A DNA stretch of 64,000 nucleotides from Christensenellaceae bacterium (lineage in GTDB: Bacteria; Bacillota; Clostridia; Christensenellales; Borkfalkiaceae). Below, in pieces: positions 18,617-28,551 of the stretch. Every line of letters begins with the position of its first letter. Position 1 is the stretch's first letter. A program made the position numbers and the translations under genes. The stretch covers positions 2,797 through 66,796 of the forward strand of contig JAZKZI010000048.1 of the NCBI GenBank assembly GCA_045612585.1, given 5' to 3'. Under the pieces are notes generated by a model that was not told the origin of the DNA, did not search any database, and saw only the letters and a list, made by a program, of their open reading frames with translations.

Positions 18617-18946
18617 ATGGAATATGAAAAAGAAGAACTGCTAAAAATAAATATTCATAGTTTAAGAACTATTGGAAGAGAAATGGGCGTTAGAGCGCCA
18701 ACTGCTTTAACAAAGAGTGTTTTGATAGAAGAAATTTTAGATATTCATTATGGAAGAAAAAAGCCATGCCTTCCACCTAAAACAGGGCGTCCGGTAGGGC
18801 TATATGTGGAAAATTTGAGTGATGTTAAAGATTATTTAAAATGCAAACAGCACTGGTTAGATATGGACAACAAAATTAGAAATGCGAAAAAAGAACTTAT
18901 ATATGAGATAATAGCCGAACTTCAAAAAAAGATAGAAAAACTTTAA
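18617..18946 (+). CDS. Small protein with a Rho-N/SAP-like N-terminal helix-hairpin
   Basis: SD aggagaaagga before the ATG at 18617; LLKINIHSLRTIGREMGVRAPTALTKSVLIEEILDI resembles Rho_N-type domains. The 171-aa track ORF would start inside the promoter and leader. Confidence 0.6.
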   Translation: MEYEKEELLKINIHSLRTIGREMGVRAPTALTKSVLIEEILDIHYGRKKPCLPPKTGRPVGLYVENLSDVKDYLKCKQHWLDMDNKIRNAKKELIYEIIAELQKKIEKL

Positions 18947-18951
18947 TAAGA

Positions 18952-18979
18952 AAAAAGCCACCGACTTCGGTGGCTTTTT
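18952..18979. terminator. Bidirectional terminator
   Basis: gccaccg-acttcgg... gccaccgacttcggtggc stem flanked by A6 and T5. Confidence 0.8.
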
Positions 18980-19010
18980 GGTTTTTTAACAATATGAATG
19001 TAATTTGAAC

Positions 19011-20369
19011 TTACAACACTGCTATTGCTATCGTGCAGTAAATTATAAGAGATAAGGCATCGACTATTGTTGTCATAAGTGGGCTTGCAACGACTGCTGG
19101 GTCAAGCTTAATCTTTTTTGCAACAAGTGGCAGTATTGAGCCAACTAGTTTTGCCATAATTAAACTTACCATACATACAAGCGATATAACAGACGCTCTC
19201 ATCATAGATATATCGTTATAAAGCCTATCAATGAGCATAATCTTTGCAAAACAAACAAGTGCAATGGTTATTCCTATTATGACAGAAGATAGCAGTTCTT
19301 TTAATATAACCTTAAATATATCTTTAAACTCAACGTCATGAACGGCGATAGCCCTTATAATGGTCACCGAAGTTTGCCCGCCGGCATTTCCTGCCGTGCC
19401 CATAAGCATAGGCACAAAAGCATACATAATAGCATCTAGCGAACTTTCATACTTAGATAAAATTATGCTTGTAAAAGTAGAAGTTATAAGTAGTAATATA
19501 AGCCAAGGCGCTCTTGCTAACCAAATGCTAAAGATAGATTGTTTTAGATAAGGCTTTTCGTTTGGCAACACGGCTGCTATTTTTTGCATATCTTCGGTTG
19601 CTTCTTCTTGAATAACGTCAACGGCATCGTCAACCGTGATAATGCCAACCAAACAACCTTCTTTATCTATTACAGGAAGTGCTAGTTTATCGTATTTAGA
19701 AAACATAAGCGCAACTTGTTCTTTATCGTCAAGCGTGCTGACCACCACGGCGTTAGAATCCATAATATCGGCAATAATAGTGTTTTTATCGGCAAGAAGC
19801 ATATCTTTAACTGAAACGGCACCAACTAAGCGTTTTTTTCTATCCACAACGTAGCAGGTGTAAATGGTTTCTTTATTAACGCCCGTTCTTCTAATTTTGT
19901 CAAACGCCAAATCTATGGTGGTTGATGGAGAAAATGATATAAACTCGGTGGTCATAATAGAGCCGGCAGAGTCTTCTGGATATTCTAAAAGGTCGTTTAT
20001 TTGTTTTCTATCTTCTGGGCTAGCGCTCATTAAAATTCTCTTAACCACGTTTGCAGGCATTTCTTCAATAATATCTACGGTGTCGTCAAGGAACATATCG
20101 TTTATAACTTCTTTTAGTTCTTTGTCCGAAAAGGCTTTTATAAATCTTTGCTGAACGTCAGAGTTAAATTCAACAAACACGTCGCTGGCAAGTTCTTTAG
20201 GGAGAAGCCTAAAAAACATTAATTGTTCTTTTTCATCAAGATTGTTTTCCAAAAACAGAGCAATATCAACAGGCTCCATATCAATAAGAAGTATTCTTAA
20301 ATCGGCAAACTTCCTTGTTTCAAAACAAAAAGCAAGTCTTTCATAAAGAATTTGAATTTGTTCGGTCAT
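19011..20369 (-). CDS. mgtE: Magnesium transporter MgtE
   Basis: MgtE_N plus CBS pair plus 5-TM domain; 452 aa. Confidence 0.95.
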   Translation of the reverse strand: MTEQIQILYERLAFCFETRKFADLRILLIDMEPVDIALFLENNLDEKEQLMFFRLLPKELASDVFVEFNSDVQQRFIKAFSDKELKEVINDMFLDDTVDIIEEMPANVVKRILMSASPEDRKQINDLLEYPEDSAGSIMTTEFISFSPSTTIDLAFDKIRRTGVNKETIYTCYVVDRKKRLVGAVSVKDMLLADKNTIIADIMDSNAVVVSTLDDKEQVALMFSKYDKLALPVIDKEGCLVGIITVDDAVDVIQEEATEDMQKIAAVLPNEKPYLKQSIFSIWLARAPWLILLLITSTFTSIILSKYESSLDAIMYAFVPMLMGTAGNAGGQTSVTIIRAIAVHDVEFKDIFKVILKELLSSVIIGITIALVCFAKIMLIDRLYNDISMMRASVISLVCMVSLIMAKLVGSILPLVAKKIKLDPAVVASPLMTTIVDALSLIIYCTIAIAVL

Positions 20370-20391
20370 AATCTTTCCTCCTTTTTAGCAA

Positions 20392-20421
20392 TAAAAAATC
20401 TACCTTTATGCTAAGGTAGAT
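20392..20421 (-). terminator. Minus-strand terminator between the PH-like gene and mgtE
   Basis: atctacctt / aaggtagat followed on the minus strand by T6. Confidence 0.7.
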
Positions 20422-20453
20422 TAAAGAAAAAAGTCTAAACTAAATCTAAAAAA

Positions 20454-20903
20454 TCAGTCTTCGCCATCTATCTTAGTGTCATATAAAATTTCATTATTTT
20501 GCGATCTTAAAGTAATAACAAACTCGTCATAGCTATCTTTAGAGATTACTATAACGCTATAACTTCGCTCTTTTAGATATATAACAAGTTTATCGCTCTT
20601 TTTAAAATGCGTTATGCAAACGATATCCTTAATATTTATCTTGGAACGGATAAATCCGAAATATGTATATAAATAACCGTTATTTATAACGTATCTTCCA
20701 TAAAACAAAAGGCTGAGTGAAAAAACAGTAAGCCCAAAAGTCACCACGGCAAGAACTATATAAGAAACAAACTTAAAAGTATTTAAGGCGTTATATTCGG
20801 TCAAATTAAATATATTCCAAACAAAACCTAAAAGACACATAACTAAAATTATGCTAATTAAAATCCAAACTATAGGTGAATATTGAAATCTAAATTTTTT
20901 CAT
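20454..20903 (-). CDS. Membrane protein, two N-terminal TM helices plus a bacterial PH-like (YdbS/YdbT-type) domain
   Basis: Topology and size; family assignment is from memory only. Confidence 0.55.
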   Translation of the reverse strand: MKKFRFQYSPIVWILISIILVMCLLGFVWNIFNLTEYNALNTFKFVSYIVLAVVTFGLTVFSLSLLFYGRYVINNGYLYTYFGFIRSKINIKDIVCITHFKKSDKLVIYLKERSYSVIVISKDSYDEFVITLRSQNNEILYDTKIDGED

Positions 20904-21065
20904 AGTTATTTCTTCCTTAGGTCATTGTAGCATAAAAAATATCAAAAATCAATAGTTAAATATTTTTTTTGATGCAGTTTTTCTATAAGTTTGCTTGCAA
21001 ATTCCTTGCTAATATTATATAATATTTCCTGTTAAAAATATAATACTACAAAAGGAAGATACAAA

Positions 21066-23234
21066 ATGATTAAACTTTTAAGTAACGGCGTTTACTATAA
21101 TAACGGCAAGCTTGTAAAGGCAAAAAGCGTTGATAACAATGCTAAAAAAGGCAGTATGGCTTATAAAATTTTGGCATCACACAATCAAAGTGCAGATATC
21201 AACAAGCTCAACATTAAGTTTGACGAAATAACTTCGCACGATATAACTTACGTTGGAATTATCCAAACGGCAAAGGCATCAGGGCTAGAAAAATTCCCAA
21301 TTCCATATACTTTAACTAACTGCCACAACTCACTTTGTGCCGTTGGTGGAACAATAAATGAAGACGACCACGTGTTTGGTCTTTCTGCTGCAAAAAAATA
21401 TGGTGGAGCATTTGTGCCACCACACCTTGCAGTTATTCACCAATATATGAGAGAAATGCGTGCTTTTTGTGGCGCAATGATACTTGGCTCTGACTCTCAC
21501 ACAAGATACGGCGCACTCGGCACACTTGCCGTTGGCGAAGGTGGCCCAGAACTCGTTAAGCAATTATTAAATAGAACTTACGACTTAGACATGCCAGAAA
21601 TCATTGCCGTAAACTTAAAAGGCAGACTAAGAAAGGGTGTTGGCCCACACGACGTGGCTCTCGCTTTAGTTAAAGCAACCTTTAAGTCGGGTTTTGTTAA
21701 AAATAAGATTTTAGAGTTTGTTGGAAACGGCATTAAAACTCTTTCAATGGATTTTAGAAACGGCATCGACGTTATGACAACCGAAACAACTTGCCTTTCT
21801 TCTATTTGGCAAACAGACAAGAAAACTCAAGAATATTATATCGAGCACGGCAGGCCAGAGGCTTATAAGGAAATGAATCCAGAAGAAGGCACGTATTACG
21901 ATAAGGGTATTGTTATTGACTTGTCAAAGGTAGAGCCTATGATTGCCCTTCCTTTCCACCCATCAAACGCATACACTATCCGTGAATTCTTATCTCGCCC
22001 TTATGAACTCTTAAAAGAGTGCGAAGAAGCAGGTCAAAAACTCTTGCCACAAGGCAAAGGCGAATTTAAACTCGTTGATAAAATTAAAGACGGAAAGGTT
22101 TACGTTGAACAAGGCGTTATCGCTGGTTGCGCTGGTGGTATGTATGAAAACATTTCAGAAGCATCTAATATTTTAGGCGATGCTGAAATAAACAATAACG
22201 ACTTTACTTTAGACGTATATCCATCAAGCCAACCTGTATATAAAGGACTTGTTGATAACGGTTATATTTCTAAACTTATTGAGAACGGCGCTGTAATTAA
22301 AACGGCTTTCTGTGGCCCTTGCTTTGGTGCAGGTGACGTTCCACAAAATAACGGGTTATCAATCCGTCATACAACGAGAAACTTTGAAAGCAGAGAAGGT
22401 AGCAAGCCTGCAAACGGTCAACTTTCTGCAGTTGCACTCATGGATGCAAGAAGTATTGCTGCAACGGCTAAAAATGGTGGTGCTATCACTTCTGCTATGG
22501 ATGAAGCATATTCTAACAAGGTTAAAAAATACCGTTTTGATAACAAGATTTATAGAGCAAGAGTGTTTAACGCTGTAAATGGTGGAGATGCTAAAAAAGA
22601 TTTAGTTTACGGACCAAACATTGCAGACTGGCCAAAAATGCAAGCGTTAAAAGATGATTTACTTCTAAAAGTTGTGTCAGTATTAAACGACCCTGTGACT
22701 ACAACTGACGAACTTATTCCATCAGGCGAAACATCTTCATATCGTTCTAACCCACTTAAGCTTGCTGAGTTTGCTCTTTCTAGAAAAGACCCATTATACG
22801 TTGGTAGGGCTAAGGCTGTTAGAGACGGCGCTTTCCCAAGTGAATTAGGGCTTGATGAAAGCAAAACAACTTATGGAAGCGTTGTTTGTTCAATTAAACC
22901 GGGCGACGGTTCTGCAAGAGAACAAGCAGCATCTTGCCAAAGAGTTTTAGGTGGCGTTGCAAACATTGCTTATGAATATGCAACAAAGAGATATCGTAGC
23001 AACCTTATTAACTGGGGTATGATACCTTTCCTTGCTGAAAAGAACGATTTTGCTATCGATGAATATATCTTAATTAAAGACGTTAAAAAAGGCATTGAAA
23101 ACGGAGCAAAAGAATTCAAGGCAGTTATCCTTGGCGAAAACAAGAGGGAAATCACCTTAAAAATGGATGCTTTAACCGATGCAGAAAAACAAATTATCCT
23201 TAAAGGTTGTTTAATCAACTACTATAGGGGTTAA
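21066..23234 (+). CDS. Aconitase-family hydratase (probable aconitate hydratase)
   Basis: [12 protein letters not shown], Fe-S Cys ligands (GCAGG, CGPCFG) and swivel-domain [10 protein letters not shown]. Confidence 0.85.
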   Translation: MIKLLSNGVYYNNGKLVKAKSVDNNAKKGSMAYKILASHNQSADINKLNIKFDEITSHDITYVGIIQTAKASGLEKFPIPYTLTNCHNSLCAVGGTINEDDHVFGLSAAKKYGGAFVPPHLAVIHQYMREMRAFCGAMILGSDSHTRYGALGTLAVGEGGPELVKQLLNRTYDLDMPEIIAVNLKGRLRKGVGPHDVALALVKATFKSGFVKNKILEFVGNGIKTLSMDFRNGIDVMTTETTCLSSIWQTDKKTQEYYIEHGRPEAYKEMNPEEGTYYDKGIVIDLSKVEPMIALPFHPSNAYTIREFLSRPYELLKECEEAGQKLLPQGKGEFKLVDKIKDGKVYVEQGVIAGCAGGMYENISEASNILGDAEINNNDFTLDVYPSSQPVYKGLVDNGYISKLIENGAVIKTAFCGPCFGAGDVPQNNGLSIRHTTRNFESREGSKPANGQLSAVALMDARSIAATAKNGGAITSAMDEAYSNKVKKYRFDNKIYRARVFNAVNGGDAKKDLVYGPNIADWPKMQALKDDLLLKVVSVLNDPVTTTDELIPSGETSSYRSNPLKLAEFALSRKDPLYVGRAKAVRDGAFPSELGLDESKTTYGSVVCSIKPGDGSAREQAASCQRVLGGVANIAYEYATKRYRSNLINWGMIPFLAEKNDFAIDEYILIKDVKKGIENGAKEFKAVILGENKREITLKMDALTDAEKQIILKGCLINYYRG

Positions 23235-23262
23235 CAGGGCATTATAGCAACTAAACAAAACA

Positions 23263-23290
23263 AAAAGGCAACGAAAAATCGTTGCCTTTT
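23263..23290 (+). terminator. Intrinsic terminator
   Basis: aaaaggcaacg-aaaaat-cgttgcctttt. Confidence 0.8.
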
Positions 23291-23406
23291 ATCATTTTAA
23301 ATTATCTATTTAGGTCGATTTAAAACTATCTATTTAAGACAATAGCTTTCTAAAATTTCAAAAAAGAGCATAAATATATATACAGCAATAGCATAAAGGG
23401 GGAACT

Positions 23407-23670
23407 ATGGGGTTTATAGATAATATTAGAGATTGTTTTTGTCAAAACGAACTTCCTGCCGAGTGCGCATATCGTGCAGTTTTATTTGGCGAGAGTGCAG
23501 GGTATTTTGAAAACGTGAAAAGCATTGTTAGTTATGAAAAAGAGCAGGTTGTTTTGTCCTTAAAAAACGGGGGATTAAAGGTTAGTGGCAAAGACCTTTA
23601 CATAAAAAAATATTGTTTAGGAGACGTGGTGGTTTGCGGAAAAATACTAAGCGTGGAAAGAATTTTTTAG
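23407..23670 (+). CDS. yqfC: Sporulation protein YqfC (YabP/YqfC family)
   Basis: 87 aa, ...LKVSGKDLYIKKYCLGDVVVCGKILSVE, and a position immediately upstream of yqfD. Confidence 0.8.
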   Translation: MGFIDNIRDCFCQNELPAECAYRAVLFGESAGYFENVKSIVSYEKEQVVLSLKNGGLKVSGKDLYIKKYCLGDVVVCGKILSVERIF

Positions 23671-24566
23671 GTGTTAAAAACACATATTTAGTGCAAGGAC
23701 TAAATCTTGATAGATTTTTGCTTTTAGCAAAAAATAAGGGCATAACGCTATATGATATTAAAAAAATCACTAATAAACAGCTGATAGTTAGCGTTTCTAT
23801 TAAAGAAAGTGCAAAATTTTTTGCAATTGCAAAAGAATTGTGTTATAATATAAAAAAAATTAAAGAAAAGGGCTTAACTTTGCCACTACTTATGCTCTGG
23901 CGAAAGATAGGCATAGCCCTTGGCACTATAATATTTTGCATAGCCTGTTATGTTTATAACGATTTTATTTACGGCTTTAATTTTACGGGCAGTGGAAGTG
24001 TTTATGAAAGAGAAGTGCTTTCTTACTTAAATAGCGTTGGAATAAAACCATATACACGGTTTTCAGATATAAATACACAAAGGCTAGAAGACCAAATTTT
24101 AGCAGCAAGTCCACATCTTTCTTTTGTGGGAATAACTAAACAAGGCAACACTCTTTGCTTTGACCTTGCCCTTGCAAACGAAAACACAGACACTCTTTTG
24201 GGCAACGTTTATTCCTTAAAAAGTGAGGTTAGTGGGGTTATAGAAAGGATAAAGATATATCGTGGCACAGCACTTGTTAAAGAAGGTGACCTAGTCAATT
24301 GTGGCGACTTGTTAGTTGATGGATATATGATTATCAAAGAGCAAACTGTTAAAATAAACGTTATAGCAACGGTTTCTATAATCGTTGAAAAACAGTTTAC
24401 TTATATCGACAAGGAAAGGGGGCAAGAGCAAAAGGCAACGCTACTTGCAAAAGCAATGCTTGGCGATGAAGATATTGTATCAACCTCAACTAATTGCACT
24501 CAAGAGCAAGATGCTTTCGTTTATACAACAACGATAAAATATAGATATATAATATATGTAGGATAA
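23613..24566 (+). CDS. yqfD: Sporulation protein YqfD (short form); start uncertain
   Basis: Single central TM helix and synteny with yqfC. The ATG at 23613 overlaps yqfC by 58 nt, and an in-frame GTG just downstream of the yqfC stop is an alternative start. Confidence 0.7.
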   Translation: MFRRRGGLRKNTKRGKNFLGVKNTYLVQGLNLDRFLLLAKNKGITLYDIKKITNKQLIVSVSIKESAKFFAIAKELCYNIKKIKEKGLTLPLLMLWRKIGIALGTIIFCIACYVYNDFIYGFNFTGSGSVYEREVLSYLNSVGIKPYTRFSDINTQRLEDQILAASPHLSFVGITKQGNTLCFDLALANENTDTLLGNVYSLKSEVSGVIERIKIYRGTALVKEGDLVNCGDLLVDGYMIIKEQTVKINVIATVSIIVEKQFTYIDKERGQEQKATLLAKAMLGDEDIVSTSTNCTQEQDAFVYTTTIKYRYIIYVG

Positions 24567-24580
24567 AAAAGGATAAGATT

Positions 24581-26050
24581 ATGTTGAAAACAAAATCACA
24601 AAAAATTGAAGACTGGACAGGCAAAGACGTGTTCTTAAACGTTTTGGTTTACGTTATAAACATAGCCATAATAAGTGGTCTATTTTTGCTTACTATTTAC
24701 GTAGACGGCATGTCGGGTGGCAAGAACAATATCACAAGTTTCTTAAAAAACCTTGCTTCTCCGTTTAGATTTCTTACAATGCTCATACTTATATTTTCCG
24801 TTATGGCATTATATTTTTTATATGAAGATAGAAACTTCTTAAAAAACCCAGCTAACTCGGAAATGCTTTTTTTAATTATAGAGCTTTCAATTGTTGCTTG
24901 CTTTGCAAGTGGAAATTACGTTGACACCTATCTTCGTCCACTTGCACTAGTTGCACTACTTACGTTGTTTTTAACAGACAAGAGAAAAGCCTTTTTCATG
25001 AATATAATATTCTGTATTCTTATATTCTTGTTCGATTCATTTACAGCAAACGTAGAAACGGGCAAATATCCATCGCTAATCATGGGCTTTTCATCAGGCG
25101 TTATCGCATCGCTTTGTATGGATAAAGTGTTTTCTAGGCTAAAACTTTTGGCAATGAGTTTTTTGGTGGCACTTCCATCGCTCATAAGTGTTGCAATAAC
25201 ACTTGTAGAACATATCGAAGCAGCAGACAACGTTGTTGTTGATTTAATTTGTGCAACGGCATCAGGTCCACTTTCAGTATCAATATTTATGGTGCTTTTG
25301 CCTATATTTGAAGCAATATTCAAAAAAGTGTCGTGCTTTAAGTTCTCAGAACTCATTGAGCATAACGCAAAACTCGTTAAAAAACTTATTCAACAAGCAC
25401 CTGGCACGTTTAACCACTCTATAGTAGTTTCTAATATTGCAGAAGCTTGCGCTTTAGCAATAGGAGAAGACGGCTTGCTTGCAAGAACTTGTGCATATTA
25501 TCACGATATAGGAAAATTAAGAAGACCAGAATTCTTTAAAGAAAACCAAGCTGACGGCGAAAATCCACATGATGACTTGACGCCAGAACTATCGGCAAAC
25601 ATTATCAAATCTCATGCACAAGATGGATATGACTTAATTATGAAAAATCGTTTGCCAAAAGAGATTGCAGACGTTTGTAGAGAACATCACGGAACTCTTC
25701 CAATTTTGTATTTTTATGGCAAAGCACAAAAATATACCGATGGCGACGTTGACCTTGCGCAATATAGTTATGCAGGACCAAAGCCAAGCACCAAGATAGC
25801 GGCAATTATTATGATTGCAGATGGTTGTGAGGCAGCTGCAAGAACGCTTCAAGACCGTTCAAGAGAAAACGTTAAAGCAGTTGTTAGAAAAATCGTAAAC
25901 GAAAGAATGCAACTCGGTCAGTTTGAAGAATGTGAAATCACGTTAAACGAACTTAACATTATAATTCATACAGTTGTTAACCACTTAACAGGTGTATATC
26001 ACAGCAGAATAGAATATCCAAAAGTTAGTCTTGATGGAATGGGAGTGTAA
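24581..26050 (+). CDS. 7-TM HD/HDIG-domain phosphohydrolase (YqfF/PgpH-like), lacking the long N-terminal extracellular domain
   Basis: Multi-TM N-terminal half, then HSIVVSNIAE...YYHDIGK...REHHG; synteny with ybeY and era. Confidence 0.85.
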   Translation: MLKTKSQKIEDWTGKDVFLNVLVYVINIAIISGLFLLTIYVDGMSGGKNNITSFLKNLASPFRFLTMLILIFSVMALYFLYEDRNFLKNPANSEMLFLIIELSIVACFASGNYVDTYLRPLALVALLTLFLTDKRKAFFMNIIFCILIFLFDSFTANVETGKYPSLIMGFSSGVIASLCMDKVFSRLKLLAMSFLVALPSLISVAITLVEHIEAADNVVVDLICATASGPLSVSIFMVLLPIFEAIFKKVSCFKFSELIEHNAKLVKKLIQQAPGTFNHSIVVSNIAEACALAIGEDGLLARTCAYYHDIGKLRRPEFFKENQADGENPHDDLTPELSANIIKSHAQDGYDLIMKNRLPKEIADVCREHHGTLPILYFYGKAQKYTDGDVDLAQYSYAGPKPSTKIAAIIMIADGCEAAARTLQDRSRENVKAVVRKIVNERMQLGQFEECEITLNELNIIIHTVVNHLTGVYHSRIEYPKVSLDGMGV

Positions 26051-26055
26051 AAAAC

Positions 26056-26535
26056 ATGGGCAAAATTAAATTAGAATGTTTAGATAGAAATCCAAAGTTA
26101 AGAAAAGTTGCAAAAGCCGTTTATAAAGTGCTTGGTCAAAAATCTTTTTTCAAAGCAGAAGTTATTTTTCAAGACGGCGAGTATATGCAATATCTAAATA
26201 AAACAACACGTGGCAAGGACAGTATAACAGACGTTTTATCTTATCCAAGTATGGAAGGAATAAGAGGAAAAATCTTAACTCCGAACGAATGTAAAACAGA
26301 GCTTGAAGGGAAATATATTTTTCTTGGCTCTATAGTGCTTTGTGATGAAAAAATTCGCGAACAAGCAAAAGAATATGGACATAGTGAACAAAGAGAAAGG
26401 GAATATTTGGTAGTTCACGGACTTTTACATTTATTCGATTATGACCATATGACCGATAGTGATAAACTTGAAATGAGAACAAAGGAAAAGCAAATTATGA
26501 AAATGCTTTATCCAAAAGAGAGTCAAGAAGACTAA
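26056..26535 (+). CDS. ybeY: rRNA maturation endoribonuclease YbeY
   Basis: HGLLHLFDYDH zinc motif. Confidence 0.9.
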   Translation: MGKIKLECLDRNPKLRKVAKAVYKVLGQKSFFKAEVIFQDGEYMQYLNKTTRGKDSITDVLSYPSMEGIRGKILTPNECKTELEGKYIFLGSIVLCDEKIREQAKEYGHSEQREREYLVVHGLLHLFDYDHMTDSDKLEMRTKEKQIMKMLYPKESQED

Positions 26536-26577
26536 TTATAAGTGGGAAAAGAAAAAGTTAGGAAGAAAGGAAGAATA

Positions 26578-27465
26578 ATGAAAAGTGGATTCGTAGCAGT
26601 CGTGGGTAGGGCAAACGCAGGAAAAAGCACTTTGATAAACGTGCTTGTTGGTGAAAAAGTTGCAATTGTTTCGCCAAAGCCACAAACGACGAGAGATAGA
26701 ATTTTGGGCGTGCTTACTACAGACGAATATCAAATTGCATTTGTTGATACGCCGGGTATTTATAAGGCCGATAATCTTTTGAATTCAGTAATGCAAAAGA
26801 CCACAGCCGATGCAAGCCAAGACGTTGACCTTGTGCTATTTGTTATCGATGCGCACGAGGGTTTAAGCGAAACTGATAAAACGCTTGTTAAAAAGTATTC
26901 TAAGCAAAGCGTTCCAACCGTTTTAGTTCTTTCAAAAACCGATATTATGAACGAAAGTTTATTGATATCTGAACTAAAAGAACTCTCTAGCGAAGGTTTA
27001 GATATAGTGCCTGTTTCTGCAAGAAAAAATAAAAATTTGAAAGAACTTTTAAAAGTTATACTTTCAAAACTTCCAGAAGGCGAAAAGATTTTTAAAGACG
27101 ATATAGTTTCGGATAGGTCTTATAAGTTTATGATTTCCGAGATTATGCGTGAGAAAATTTTACTTAAGTTTGACAAAGAAATTCCACACGGAATTGCCAT
27201 AATTATAAACAAATTCTTTTTAAGGGAAAACGGCAATACCTATGAAATTAATCTTGATATCGTATGCGAAAAGCCTAACCACAAAGCCATTTTGATTGGC
27301 AAAGGTGGAAAGGCGATAAAAGAAGTTTCTTCTTTTGCAAGGCAGGATATGGAAAAGTTTTTGGGCAAAAAGGTTTTCTTAACCACATATATTAAGGTTA
27401 AAGAAGATTGGAGAAACAGCGCTGGGCTTATGAAAGAATATGGCTATGGCGAAGAAAACATGTAG
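26578..27465 (+). CDS. era: GTPase Era
   Basis: GFVAVVGRANAGKSTL, DTPG and a KH domain; purine-rich SD before the ATG at 26578. Confidence 0.95.
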   Translation: MKSGFVAVVGRANAGKSTLINVLVGEKVAIVSPKPQTTRDRILGVLTTDEYQIAFVDTPGIYKADNLLNSVMQKTTADASQDVDLVLFVIDAHEGLSETDKTLVKKYSKQSVPTVLVLSKTDIMNESLLISELKELSSEGLDIVPVSARKNKNLKELLKVILSKLPEGEKIFKDDIVSDRSYKFMISEIMREKILLKFDKEIPHGIAIIINKFFLRENGNTYEINLDIVCEKPNHKAILIGKGGKAIKEVSSFARQDMEKFLGKKVFLTTYIKVKEDWRNSAGLMKEYGYGEENM

Positions 27466-27528
27466 AAAAAAGCCTAAAACAAAAGAATATTATGCCTAAA
27501 TTTCACACAAACTAGTAGTGGGGGAATT

Positions 27529-27652
27529 TATGGCAAAAAATCAAAAACCAGAAAACAATAAAAAAGATGATATAGGCGAAGTTGCTTGGGAACTTTTTAA
27601 AACGACGGGAATTGCTTCACATTATCTCTTTTACAGAAAACTTAACAAATAG
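27529..27652 (+). pseudogene. yqzL: yqzL-like small ORF whose SD-linked ATG is one frame off the conserved C-terminal part
   Basis: GGGGGA SD plus the ATG at 27529 gives only MAKNSKTRKQ*. The +1 frame (open 27518-27652, no ATG/GTG/TTG) encodes ...EVAWELFKTTGIASHYLFYRKLNK*, matching the YqzL W-x-x-F-x-x-TG-x-x-x-x-YL-x-Y motif and the era-yqzL-recO position. Confidence 0.5.
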
Positions 27653-27660
27653 AGTTAAAT

Positions 27661-28377
27661 ATGGAAGAAAAACAAAACGGCATAGTTTTAAGCTCAATAA
27701 ACTTTTCTGAAAATGATAAGTTGTTAAACATTTTCACCTTAAACAAAGGTGTTGTTTGTGCTAAAATTAAAGGCGTAAAAAAGGCAGGTGCAAAATTAAA
27801 ATTTGCAGCCGAGCCTTTTTGTTTTGCCGAATTTATTTTTTCTAAAACAGGCGAAAAACGCATGGTTATCGGCGCTTCGCTTATAGATAGTTTTTATCCG
27901 GTTAGAGAAAATATTTATAAGTATTTTTGCGCTGGCACCGTGGTTGAGTTCATTAAACGATTTTATCAAGAAGAAATTGTTGATGAAGTGGAGTTTATGC
28001 TTGCCGTTTCAACGTTGAAAGAAATTGCTTATACAGAAAACTATTTGTCTGCGCTAGTTAAGTTTTTAATACTCGCCTTAGAAAATTATGGGTTCGGCTT
28101 AAAGTTAGACGGCTGTTTTTATTGTGATAGCGAGATAAAAGAAAGAACCTTTTTTGATTATAGAAACGGTGCGTTTATTTGCGAAAAGTGCTTTGATAAC
28201 GTAGGAAGGGAGATAAACGGAATAACCTTAAGTGCGTTAATAAAGGCAAAAAATAATAGTTTAACCGACGAACACCAAGGCACAAAAAAGGCGCTTAGGC
28301 TTTTAGAATATTACATAAAGAATAGAACTGAAGAAGAAATAAAGTCTTTGAAAGAGTTAATTGATATTTTAAATTAA
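27661..28377 (+). CDS. recO: DNA repair protein RecO
   Basis: OB-fold N-terminus, CxxC...CxxC zinc module (CFYCDS...CEKC), and synteny after era. Confidence 0.9.
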   Translation: MEEKQNGIVLSSINFSENDKLLNIFTLNKGVVCAKIKGVKKAGAKLKFAAEPFCFAEFIFSKTGEKRMVIGASLIDSFYPVRENIYKYFCAGTVVEFIKRFYQEEIVDEVEFMLAVSTLKEIAYTENYLSALVKFLILALENYGFGLKLDGCFYCDSEIKERTFFDYRNGAFICEKCFDNVGREINGITLSALIKAKNNSLTDEHQGTKKALRLLEYYIKNRTEEEIKSLKELIDILN

Positions 28378-28551
28378 TCAAAAAAACCATATAAAAACCT
28401 TAAATAGTCAATAATTAGGTGAAAAATTTTTATACAAATGCAAAAAATACGAAAATTTATATAAAATAGTTGAAAAAAATTTATAGATGTAGTAAAATAG
28501 ATAGGCTAAAAAAATATAAAGTTAAAACAAATACTTTGGAGGATAAATTTA

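Noticed and set aside
20370-20453. M-box (Mg2+) riboswitch upstream of mgtE
   Set aside because: Only 84 nt separate mgtE from the upstream gene, and most of that is the upstream gene's terminator. This is far too short for an M-box, and no conserved M-box segments were seen.
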